Shown one piece after another: positions 1 to 16,602 of a DNA stretch of 64,000 bases. Origin of the DNA: Eledone cirrhosa. Its lineage: Eukaryota. The translations under genes were made by a program, and so were the position numbers. Position 1 is the stretch's first letter; every line of letters begins with the position of its first letter. The notes under the pieces were generated by a model. The model did not search any database. It was not told the DNA's origin and saw nothing but the letters and a program-made list of their open reading frames with translations. The stretch lies in contig OZ024747.1 in the NCBI GenBank assembly GCA_964016885.1, positions 69,502,001 to 69,566,000 on the forward strand. Reading direction: 5' to 3'.

Positions 1-886
<886 letters not shown>

Positions 887-890
<4 letters not shown>

Positions 891-1262
891 CATTGGGAGC
901 TGGACCAACCGTCGAACAGGACGTCACTGTGTGGTGCCAAAGGTCCCGTCTTCCACATCTAGAATAAGGAGCAGGTATTGCAATAGCCTGGGATTCAAGG
1001 GCCCTCAACTCTTCAACAGGCTGCCGAGGCATCTGCGAGACTTGCATGACGTGGAGGTGGATGTCTTTAAGAAACATCTCGACACCTTGTTGTCCAGGAT
1101 CCTGGATGAGCCCACAGCAAGACACGAGGGAAACCTAAGGGCAGCAGCAACAAACTCCCTCCTACACCAGTGGCCAACCTATACAGGCTGGAGATAAAAT
1201 GTGTAGCAACAAGGGCGGTGCCCCAGCATGGCCTCAGCCGGATGGCTGAAACAGGTAAAAGA
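887..1262 (+). mobile_element. 3' end of a CR1/L2-group LINE (ORF2 C-terminus, stop at 1197, plus 3' UTR)
   Basis: Peptide [21 protein letters not shown]...[16 protein letters not shown]...RAAATNSL is typical of the post-RT C-terminus of this group. It is 5'-truncated and flanked by (TA)n on both sides. Confidence 0.75.
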
Positions 1263-2480
<1,218 letters not shown>

Positions 2481-2497
2481 AGGTTTTAATATAGATG

Positions 2498-2548
2498 AGA
2501 TTCTACAGGACTGGAACTGTTTCATTCATTAGAAATCATCAGGAATCT
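2498..2548 (-). ncRNA. Type I hammerhead ribozyme motif, family A
   Basis: Minus strand reads AGATTC-CTGATGA-tTTC taat GAAt-GAAA-CAG ttccagtc CTG-TA-GAATCT. Stems I, II and III pair, the core is intact and the cleavage triplet is GUA. Confidence 0.85.
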
Positions 2549-3019
2549 GGGTATCAAAAAATAAAAATGATATTTGTAGGTCTCTACAAGTGGTAGGAGA
2601 GGGTGGGGAGTGGGATGGGTGCAGGTCATTGGTTGATAGAAAAGGGAATTCATTAAAAGCTAATTCTACAAAGCTATAGTTTATTTTTATTTATTTATGT
2701 TTTTAGAGTAACAAGGGCAGACAGAATTCTATAAACAGGTTCCGGATGGCATACCATCCCTTGTCATTAAGTTTCTCTTAAGCTAACAGATGTCTATAAA
2801 ATCAGTGGGGGGTCAGTCATGGTCGATAGAATTAAAGAAAAGGGAGATTCTTTAAAAGCTAAAACATTAAGGTTCTACTAAGTGACAAAGGTCTAGAGAA
2901 TTCTGTAGACAGATTCAAAATACTGAGTGCATATCTTACAATTATCTTCGAACTTCTCTTAAACTAATCAACTATATGCCAAAAATCAACAGACACATTC
3001 ACAAAAAAACATACTCACT

Positions 3020-5330
<2,311 letters not shown>

Positions 5331-5501
5331 AGGTACTCAATAAATATACGCATATACGCAGGCACATAAAGACACCTCTACAGGCAGAAAATGTAGATAC
5401 GAAAGAGGTACTCACATAACCATAGTGGCCGTATTTCAGGTTGAGGGGGGGTGGGGGTAGGGGGGGGAGGAGGTATAGGGGCCAAGAGGGGGAGGTCGTT
5501 T

Positions 5502-7287
5502 TTAGCCATCGGGCTTTAACACTGGCTTAAAGTGTTTGAAAGTTGCAAAGTTCTTGTGCATGCAGTTCGGGCAGTGTTCAGAGAGTTTGTTCAGTAGCGG
5601 GCCCTTGGCGAATAAAATTTCGTAGCTCTCTGAAATACAAAGGTCGCAGCCCTTGTGTCCTCCGTTGTAAGAGCGCGCTTTCTGGAGTATTTTCCATTTA
5701 AGCGTGAAGGGGGTGGAGTTCCTTTTGAGGTCCCAAACGTAGGAGGCGAGTGTTGTCTGATTTGATTTATCCGGTCTTCTGAAGGAGTGGGTATGGGCAT
5801 ACCAACGGGTCTTAAAGTTGTTGGAGGTCATGCCGATGTAAGTTTTTTTGCAATCCTCGGTGCCTGAGATGACATCGCATTTGTATACGATGTCATTTGT
5901 GAGGCATTTGTTTTCAAGTGGGCATGCTTCCTTATTTAAGCAATTACATAGAGCCCCAGTCCGGGGATTGGTTTCGGAGGTGGTTGGCTTATTTAATTTA
6001 AAATTGTGGTTGGCTATATTCCTAGCTAGGTTAGGTGTGGTGGAGTAAGACAGTCTTATAGTGTTCTTATTAAAGATGGTGTAGTACCTATGTTGTATGG
6101 GGAAGTGTAATTTCAGTAAAGTGAAGAAAATCCTAGCTATCGGAGTAGATACCTCTCTATTGAAGGGAGGGTTGTACCAGCTAATCTGCCTATGTCTATT
6201 CCTCCTCTGCAATCTTGCGGTGGTTTCTAGGTAAGTTATCTTATCTTTAAATCCGCTACGGGCGAGGGCGTCATTGTAGTAGGAGGCAGATGCATTAAAA
6301 ATATCTTTGTTGGCGGAGAGGCCAGATATTCTAATAGAGACGCTTTTTACTAGGTTATCAGTGATGTTTTGGGGGTGGTTTGAATTAACATTAATATATT
6401 TAAGGGACTCGTTAGGTTTGTGGTACGGGTAATAGAGGGAAGTATCTAGGTCGAGAGTGACATCTAAGAAGTTGGCCCTAGTCAAATTAGAATCTATAGT
6501 TATACTAAATCCTAGATTAGAGAAGAAAGAGCTTAAGTTTTTCCGAAACCCATCGGTGGTTAACCTTATGCAGGGCGAAGAGGCCGTCGTCTCGGTATAA
6601 ACCTCCCGTTAGGCCGGTAAAGATGTTCTTCAGGTTATGTAGGATGTGCAGGCCCACAAGGTCGCTAATTTCAGCCGAGTCACTCGCCCCCATGCTAACG
6701 TCAAATGGGGTCTGAGATTTCTTGTTGATCCAGTAAGATCCATCGTGGTATAGAAAGGTCTTACGAGCGTGGAGGATAACAACTTGCTCAGCATCGGTAA
6801 TGGTGGTAAAATTCCTGGCAAAGTTAATTGCGTCCTTCGGGAGGGGCTCCGAGATAGAGGCATAGTAGTTTTCTATGTCGAGTTGCAGGAAGCGAGTGTG
6901 GTGTTTATCGGGTAATTCTTGGAACCATGATATTGCCTCAGATGTTCTACTCCAGAGTGGAAGTGGTGAGGCTGCCCGCAATGATGGTAGAACTCTATCC
7001 AGGATCTTCTTACTGATAGAGCCGATGTCAGAACGAGTGGGGTTGATAAGTCTGACTGATGGTTTGTTGAGGAAATTTCCCTTATGGTCCTTCAGGGTAA
7101 AGTGCGGGGTCTTTACCCTTAAAGGTTCGGTTCGGTCATGTAATTTAAGGGACTTGGCGATTTCTTTTCCGGTCGCGTTTGTCTCAGTCAGTGCCCTCTC
7201 TATTACCTTTTTGTAGGTGGTCGTGATGGTATTTTTTGCCAGCTTATTGTAGGTCTGTGGGTCTACCTCATAAACGTTTTTGGTTTT
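5502..7287 (-). pseudogene. PLE polyprotein remnant (RT plus GIY-YIG endonuclease), frameshift near 6555
   Basis: RT motifs [34 protein letters not shown]. After the frameshift it continues FRKNLSSFF...NFLDVTLDL, WYNPPFN, CNC-x5-CP-x4-C linker, IVYKC...YIGMT (GIY-YIG), CDLC, LLNK. The motif set recalls the C-terminal-EN 'Hydra' PLE clade; clade not verified. Confidence 0.92.
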
Positions 7288-7297
7288 ATATATATAC

Positions 7298-7395
<98 letters not shown>

Positions 7396-7402
7396 GTATA
7401 TG

Positions 7403-7474
<72 letters not shown>

Positions 7475-7620
7475 TGTATATACATATATATATACATATA
7501 TATATATATATGTATATACATATATATATATATATACATATGTATATACATATATATATATATATGTATATACATATATATATATATATGTATATACATA
7601 TATATATATATGTATATACA

Positions 7621-7655
<35 letters not shown>

Positions 7656-7702
7656 GTATATACATATATATATATATATGTATATACATATATATATATA
7701 CG

Positions 7703-7736
<34 letters not shown>

Positions 7737-7868
7737 CATATATATATATACGTATATACATATATATATATACGTATATACATATATATATATATGTATA
7801 TACATATATATATATATATGTATATACATATATATATATATATGTATATACATATATATATATATATG

Positions 7869-7946
<78 letters not shown>

Positions 7947-8006
7947 TGTAAATACATATATATATATATATATATGTATATGTATATACATATATATATA
8001 TATATA
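7288..8006. repeat. (TA)n microsatellite
   Basis: Read directly. Confidence 0.98.
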
Positions 8007-8032
8007 TTGCCTGGAGACTTAACTGAGAATAG

Positions 8033-8114
8033 ACTCCCTGATGACGCAATGAATTCTCGACAGTTGGATTACGTAACTGTCTTTATCCCATTGCAGAAAC
8101 TAATTAGTTGGAGT
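8033..8114 (+). ncRNA. Type I hammerhead ribozyme motif, family B copy 1
   Basis: ACTCC-CTGATGA-cGCAATG..GACAGTT..AACTGTC..CATTGCa-GAAA-CTAATTAG-TT-GGAGT, with an extended stem II and a palindromic stem III. Confidence 0.82.
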
Positions 8115-8580
8115 GAAAATTTAAGTAAGTAAAGAAAAAAATTTTTTAAAAAAATATTTTCTTATTTTACGTCTTTTATATTATTGTTCTGCATTCTCCT
8201 GCATTGAACCACCTAGGTACTATGACATAACCTGTGTATTTGCTAGCATGGGCGTGCATCTGTGCGCTTATGTTAGTTGATATATTAAATTATCTATATT
8301 TATCTCCAAATCACTGATTTGTCGAGCAAACTTGCCAAAACCACTTCTAAACAAATTTTTTGGGGTGTTAGTAGGCGTCAGTCATCTTACCATCCCATTC
8401 CTTCTAACTAGCCTCTGTGTCACGTGATTGATTCTTTAGAATCGGCCATTTGACCTGAAGCAGTGAGAATTTCGGTACATAGAATCCAGTCCTCGCCAGC
8501 TGTTCGATCTACCGAATTATTATTATTTTTATATGAGCCGCCAGTGTCCGCGCATTGCCTGGAGACTTAACTGAGAATAG

Positions 8581-8662
8581 ACTCCCCGATGACGCAATGA
8601 ATTCTCGACAGTTGGATTACGTAACTGTCTTTATCCCATTGCAGAAACTAATTAGTTGGAGT
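8581..8662 (+). ncRNA. Hammerhead motif, family B copy 2 (core mutated to CCGATGA)
   Basis: Same as copy 1 except ACTCCCCGATGA. Confidence 0.75.
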
Positions 8663-9128
8663 GAAAATTTAAGTAAGTAAAGAAAAAAATTTTTTAAAAA
8701 AATATTTTCTTATTTTACGTCTTTTATATTATTGTTCTGCATTCTCCTGCATTGAACCACCTAGGTACTATGACATAACCTGTGTATTTGCTAGCATGGG
8801 CGTGCATCTGTGCGCTTATGTTAGTTGATATATTAAATTATCTATATTTATCTCCAAATCACTGATTTGTCGAGCAAACTTGCCAAAACCACTTCTAAAC
8901 AAATTTTTTGGGGTGTTAGTAGGCGTCAGTCATCTTACCATCCCATTCCTTCTAACTAGCCTCTGTGTCACGTGATTGATTCTTTAGAATCGGCCATTTG
9001 ACCTGAAGCAGTGAGAATTTCGGTACATAGAATCCAGTCCTCGCCAGCTGTTCGATCTACCGAATTATTATTATTTTTATATGAGCCGCCAGTGTCCGCG
9101 CATTGCCTGGAGACTTAACTGAGAATAG

Positions 9129-9210
9129 ACTCCCTGATGACGCAATGAATTCTCGACAGTTGGATTACGTAACTGTCTTTATCCCATTGCAGAAACTAAT
9201 TAGTTGGAGT
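9129..9210 (+). ncRNA. Hammerhead motif, family B copy 3
   Basis: Same as copy 1, core intact. Confidence 0.82.
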
Positions 9211-9287
9211 GAAAATTTAAGTAAGTAAAGAAAAAAATTTTTTTAAAAATTTTTTTAAAAAATATTTTCTTATTTTACGTCTTTTAT

Positions 9288-10117
<830 letters not shown>

Positions 10118-11394
10118 AAAGCAGTTGGCCTAAGAAGCATTTGGAAATTTTGAAACGTGAATGGTACGCGTCCAATGGTACATGACCATATTAATTGTCC
10201 ATTACTATAGATAATAGTACTCTCGAGAACAAAAACATGCACAGAGATGCTTAAAAGGAATCGAACTACGCATCTCTCTCGTCGGGCGAGTGCGTTAACT
10301 AGTACGATAAAGAGTCGTTGACAACAAATTACCCCCATTTAGATGTTAAACCGTAGCTAGAAGTGTAAACAGAGCGATGGACTTCAAAAGCATTTGCAAA
10401 ATTTGAAACATGGTGTCCCATTGCAAATGGCCATCATAACAGACGATTGATATAAATAATAGTTGAGAAAACCGGATAAAGTACTCTTGGAAACGGACAC
10501 AAGTAGGCGGGGGGTACAAACTTTAAATATTCAATTTCCTCAATATTTCTGAGTCAACTGGTTTATTTGCCTTTCTGGCTCTAGACTTATCTTCTACAAG
10601 ATAACAGCTCTTCGTCGTAATAGTTAACGCAGCATCTAAGTCTAGACCTAGATTTCTGAATACTGCTAACGACTGAAGTGTGTGCATGAATTTAAGGTAG
10701 TACCCATGTTCCAAAGCCCTATTGTAACACCCTGCACTGAAAGCATAGAGGGTTCTGACAAAAAACATACTTATTGTTGAGTTCAGGCTTTCGTGAGAAA
10801 GGGATTTGAAGTGTATGCAAAAAAAGGAGAGTCTCACTTATGAGACACTTAGTGAATCGTATATGGCATGAGAACGGTAGTATATGGTGCTTCTAATAGA
10901 AATGTGATGTTGTGAGTATACCAGAGCATAGTTTTTCACATTGCAGGACGAAGCAGAACATGCTTCATCAGGGGTATGTGAGAGAAAATTCAAAAGCTGA
11001 GAGCAAGAAACAAATTATAAGTTATTAGAAAGAAAAACAGTTACTGGATGGTTGGGATGATTACAACTGCGACCATGCTGTAGCTGGGGAATTATCAATA
11101 ACAGATGTGCCATAGGGCAAAAAATAACTTAGATATTCTCTGGCAATATCAATGTTGTTTTGGCACTGTTGGAAGGAGCAATGTCGAAACATTGCTGAAA
11201 CCTTTGTAATCTCTTGTCAACAGCGGATAAAAAAAATGTCCCGCAATGTAAATTGCATGTAAAATATAAGTTAATATAATGATATAATGTAATATATATA
11301 AATATGATTATGTCTATAGGCATTTCGTGATTGGTCAGCTCAAGAGACGATCATTGACATTGATCGGGCACGACTCTGGCATCAAACTTTTGAA

Positions 11395-11556
<162 letters not shown>

Positions 11557-12392
11557 ATATTAAATAAATGGAAACACTATATTTATAAAACTATATTTAT
11601 TTTATTATATATATTTCAAGGGTACCAAAAGACTTTGGTACGCTTTCTTCAGATAAAATACAAAGTTTGTTTTATAAATACAGACATACCCAGGAAAATC
11701 ATACCTTATCAGTTGGATATTCTCTGGATAGTGGAAATATATTAGGGATTTTTTAAACTTATGGGTGAATATGCAAATGAATATGTAAATAATTGAAAAA
11801 CAACCGTTTATTTAAACGACTATGGAGAGAGAGAAGAGAGAAGAGAAGAAGGAGAAAATGGTGTGAGAGAGAGAGGAAGGAAAAAAGCGAAGATGAATAA
11901 AAAAACTTATATAACGTTAATTTGAGGGAAATGTATTCGGAGAATTATCTATGTACATATGTAAATATATATCTTAATAATATGTGTATTTATATTAAAA
12001 GGATATTTTACGATTATTAGTTGTTTAAAATTTGCTTATAATATAATATTTTTCATTCGTTTATAAGTAGATAAATAAATAAATAAATAAATAAATGGAT
12101 GGGTATATCATGTTATAGATAGTTGTTCTAATGAGTTATGAGGGATATTGGTTTTGTATTTTATGTAAATAAATATGTATTTAAAATTGAGAATGATTTA
12201 AAATTAAATTAAATTAAATTAAATTAAATTAACCGAGTTAAGTAAGAATATTTATATTTATTTGATTGAAAAGGGAAGATAAGGAAAAAACTCCGGTTTT
12301 ATTTATTTATTCGTTAGTGTGAGACTATTTAGTCAAAATAAGTATGGATGTTTAAGATACATTTAGCCAGAATCAGTTAGTGGTTATTAATC

Positions 12393-12526
12393 CATTGAAA
12401 AAATATTGAGAAAATATTGAAAAATTATTGAAAAAATCTTGAAAAAATATTGAAAAAATATAGAAATAATATTGAAAAAACTTTAAAAAAAATCTTGAGA
12501 AAAATTTTGAAAAGAATTTTGAAAAG
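12393..12526. repeat. Degenerate ~11-12 bp repeat (ATTGAAAAAAT-like)
   Basis: Repeated ttgaaaaaata/ttgagaaaata units. Confidence 0.75.
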
Positions 12527-12579
12527 TTCGGGTATTTATTTACCAGACAAAAAAAACTCTTATTTTAGTCCAGAAATAG

Positions 12580-12706
12580 CCGTCGAAACGGCTTGAGCTC
12601 TGCCGTCGGGGTCATACTTTCTCCTATTACCCACTCTACTACCCTATGTATTGAGTACTCTGGTGTTTTATGGTCCATCTGGTTCTTACCACAACTCCTT
12701 CGTTTT
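12580..12706 (+). mobile_element. PLE-type terminus, HHR family D 3' half plus tail
   Basis: GAAA-CGGC ttgagctct GCCG-TC-GGGGTC, followed by a tail matching 17821-17920. Confidence 0.65.
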
Positions 12707-13740
12707 ATATATATATATATATATATTATATTATATATTATATATGTATATTATATTATATATATACCAAATTAAAAAGCGGAGTTAAAGACTCATGTTA
12801 ATTCTCTATAATTTAATGAGCTCAAGGAAGAAATTCCGGGCCCTTTATAAATCAGTATACAGAGAGAAATACACAAAGAGGTATATGTTTAATCACAAGG
12901 AATAAAGAAACACTAGAGTACTGTTAGTCATTATTGGATGGTTAGTACATTTTAATTTATTCTTTTAATTGATCTGTATTCTCCTTTCCTTTCGTAGACA
13001 ATATCTTCTTCACTCTGGTGGTTCTCTAGACTCTGTGTTTAAACACATACCTCTTTGTGTATTTCTCTCTGTATACATATATGAGAGAGAGAGAGAAAGA
13101 AAGAGGGAGAGAGGGAGGGCCAGAGAGAAAGGAGAGAGGGGGGAAGAGATGAAGTAGAGAGAGAGAAGAGAGAGAGAGAGAGAAGAGGGAGAGGGAGAGA
13201 GATAGAGAGAGGCACACACAAGAACGGTGGGAACACGAGCATAAAATAGTGTCAAAAAATAGGAAAACAAATATACTCAAAATCAAAACAGAAACTTTCT
13301 CGCCATTCAGTTATACACCCAACAGTGTCAACAATGTCAAGAACTAAGTTTTACACCACTCAGGTTTATTTGCAAAAAGACATAGACGAGACAAAACTAG
13401 TAACATATCAGAAGTCAAAACGTAGAACGAAAAAAAAACTATATATTTATATAATTTATGTTAATTCAGTATATGTATAATAGTCGTAACACTGTATTCA
13501 ACATAGGACAAATATAAATAGAAATGTTCTCGATGAAAAAGTGGAAATCTTAAAATGCTGAGGGGGTGAAGACGCCTGTCTGAGCAGTAATATGATCATG
13601 CCGAGAAAAGGATATAGAAGCATAGACAGGAAGACTAGAGCCTAGACTAGACTTTCACCAGCTGAGGACCTAAGCTATAGGAGATTTGAGGTCGTTATCT
13701 AAAACAATTCAAGTTAAAAAAAAAAAAAATTATACCTGAT

Positions 13741-14057
13741 TATTGAGATCAGAGAGTCACTCCAGGTAGAGACGCTACTTCCCCGAATTGAGGGATCACA
13801 GCTCCGATACTATGGACATGTGGTTAGAATATCTCAGGAAAGAATCGCTGGACAGACTTTACTGGGCGAAACCAACAGGTAGGAGACCCAGGGGTAGACG
13901 CCGGGCAAGATAGTTGGATAACGTCCATGGACTTGGCTGGTCACGCTTGGGGATCCAGCTGGAGCAGTTGGACACTGTTGCTTCTGACAGGACCCACTGG
14001 AGGGAGTGTTTGAGTCCCCATGGCCCTCTCAGGAATAAGACGGTGAAGAAGAAGAAA
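13741..14057 (+). mobile_element. RTE-clade LINE 3' fragment
   Basis: Translates (with lesions) as EIRESLQVETLL..QLRYYGHVVR..TGRRPRGR..LDNV..VASDRTHWRECL, with a (GAA)n tail. Confidence 0.8.
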
Positions 14058-14432
14058 CCTGATTATTATTTATTAATGATTACAAATGTAAATGAGTTAC
14101 AAAATGTTCCTTCTAGCTAATTAATTGATTTTTCCATTTGCTGCATAGAATAAAAATATATATATATATAAAATAAAGGTCCTCGAGGATGAGTTGCCCT
14201 AAGCTACATCTTATAGGTAAGTCCAGCCCTCACTAGAGCAATATGTGGATATGGAATTTGCCAGAGAAAGACATTTTTGCAGGAATATTAGAATGAGAAA
14301 AAAAACAGAATAATACATACTGTATCGCAGTAAAGAACAATGAAAGTCAAATGATGTGAATAGAATGAGCTGCGTATGTACGTATATACGTAAACACACA
14401 AACATACGTGCACACACAACACACACACACAT

Positions 14433-14526
<94 letters not shown>

Positions 14527-14589
14527 GTAGGTAGTACGGTGAAATACTGGTGTTGGTTCTAAATCAAACACTCCATGCACAGGCAGAAT

Positions 14590-14741
14590 ATATATAAAAG
14601 AAAAAACGATGAGCAGATCGATACTGGAGTCGGGTTCATAACTCCTATAGGTCACCTTGAACCAATCATCTGCGAAACGCGCGTAACAGGTCGATACGCA
14701 ATAAATATGTTTTATATGTAAACGAAACTTCCTCGTTTTTC

Positions 14742-14745
<4 letters not shown>
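14590..14745 (+). mobile_element. PLE-type terminus, HHR family E (5' core truncated)
   Basis: GATGA-GCAGAT...ATCTGC-GAAA-CGCGCG-TA-ACAGG; homologous to 52847-52990 on the minus strand. Confidence 0.7.
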
Positions 14746-14793
<48 letters not shown>

Positions 14794-14798
14794 ATATA

Positions 14799-14864
<66 letters not shown>

Positions 14865-15779
14865 TTGTACCTCTCCAAATACGGTCTCGAATCAGGTAGA
14901 TCGGTAACCCAATAACACATACTAGTTACAATGCACACACCAATGCAAGTTATCTTTAAATACATACACTCTACAATACGAACCAAACTTCTGTGAAAAA
15001 TACCCGAGCATAACTCCTAGAAACGGGAAAAATAATCATGCACCCTACATAACTGTACAATGTAGAAAATCATAATGCTAAAACCTTTTATATATATTAA
15101 CATACACATAAGGACAAATGCACTGACACCACATAAAAATACATAAACTTTTAAATGCCTCAGCAATAGCGAAAGTATTTAATAATAGGCCAGACTCCCA
15201 TAATGCAAACCCAATAATCATTAGAATAAACCTCAGACAACACTAACCGTCCACCAAACACAGCAACCCACACCGTTGCACAACTCTATTATACCAACCA
15301 AATTAGTAATACTTTTTCTGTAGAATAAGTGCTACATAAACATAGGTATTACGGTACCATCAATACCTACAGCATTCAGCAACAACCCCCCAAAATTACG
15401 AAACCAGCCAAAGATTTACACAATACATCTGCAACACTCACCAAATTTAATGATTAACCAAACACAGAACTACTCCATTACAGAACACCAAAAGTCTTAC
15501 ACCAACACAATCCTGTATTTCATTTCTCCCCAAAAGAAAATGACAGATCGTAATAGAACTAACTGAAAATACAGACCCTCTAAATATATATGCTATGTAT
15601 CTGTAATTCACGATGATATGGTAGGGGTACCGTAATGGTATACGGCGTTTCTTGGGTATTTTAAGCCTGGCGAAGCCTATCACCACTCCAGGTTTGAATA
15701 CATCAGATGTCATTAAAGAAGGATAGACAAAAAGAGATATAGAGGAAGAATCGATCACAGTACAAGACAGGTACATTTT

Positions 15780-15875
15780 AATTTGTTTCCTTTTAAAGCA
15801 AAATGTTTTTCATGGACACCTGAATTACTACCGTGGCCCACACAGGGCCTTATGGGTCCCAATTGAAAACCACTG
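15780..15875 (-). mobile_element. hAT-like DNA transposon/MITE end
   Basis: Reverse complement begins CAGTGGTTTTCAA, a typical hAT TIR start. The partner end was not found. Confidence 0.45.
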
Positions 15876-16202
15876 ATCTATATATGGTTAAACCACTCTA
15901 TTTAGTTACCTACTGGCTCTCAATTGCATTCCATTCTTCTCATGTATTTGACTGCAAAGTTTTGGTCTCTTCATGGTTCTTACATGGTCTCTTCACACAT
16001 TCCCTCTGCTAACCCCAATATAGGCCTCCATCCCCATCTGTCAATCAAAATATAGCAACGTCTTCAAAGAGAAAGACTTAAATGAAACAGATTAATTTCA
16101 TCTACACACACACATATATATACATTGCTAAAGTTAAGAGTAGATACACTCTTAACTTTTCTGTAGCATATATTACTGAGTGGTCTTCACTAGTGATAAT
16201 TG

Positions 16203-16258
<56 letters not shown>

Positions 16259-16404
16259 GAGAGAGAGAGGGGGGACAGAGAAAGGGAGAAAGAGAGAGAC
16301 AGAGACAGAGAAAGAGAGCGACAGAGAGAGAAAGAGACAGCGATAGAGGGAGAAAGAGAGAGCAAGAGAGCGAGTGATAAAAAAAGAAAGAAAGAGAGAG
16401 AGAG

Positions 16405-16590
16405 AGAATCCCGGGATTAATCGGGGTAACCACAGTAAGTACTCAATGCATTAGTAAATTGTGAACATCAAGTTTAATATAGAAATGGCTTCTGTTTCCT
16501 ACAAAGGAAATCACCAGGGCTTTCCTGATGATCTCTTTTGAATAAAACAGTTCTAGTACTGTAGAAGCCATTTCTATATTAAACTTTATA
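16405..16590 (+). mobile_element. Family A HHR micro-insertion (inverted tail plus forward degenerate HHR)
   Basis: GGCTTTC-CTGATGA-tctc tttt gaat-AAAA-CAG..CTG-TA-GAAGCC, preceded by an inverted AAGTTTAATATAGAAATGGCTTCT. Confidence 0.7.
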
Positions 16591-16602
16591 TATATATATA
16601 TA

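Larger units (their letters stand above)
8007..9287 (+). mobile_element. Tandem 548-bp non-coding repeat (about 2.3 units) with one HHR per unit; retrozyme-like or non-autonomous PLE
   Basis: TTGCCTGGAGACTT recurs at 8007, 8555 and 9103. Units are nearly identical, there is no ORF, and (TA)n lies on both sides. Confidence 0.85.

Noticed and set aside
15625-15712. Minus-strand CTGATGT...GAAACG motif with CCTGG/CCAGG and CCGTA/TACGG stems
   Set aside because: The core is imperfect and no stem I closure was found, so it was not called as an HHR.
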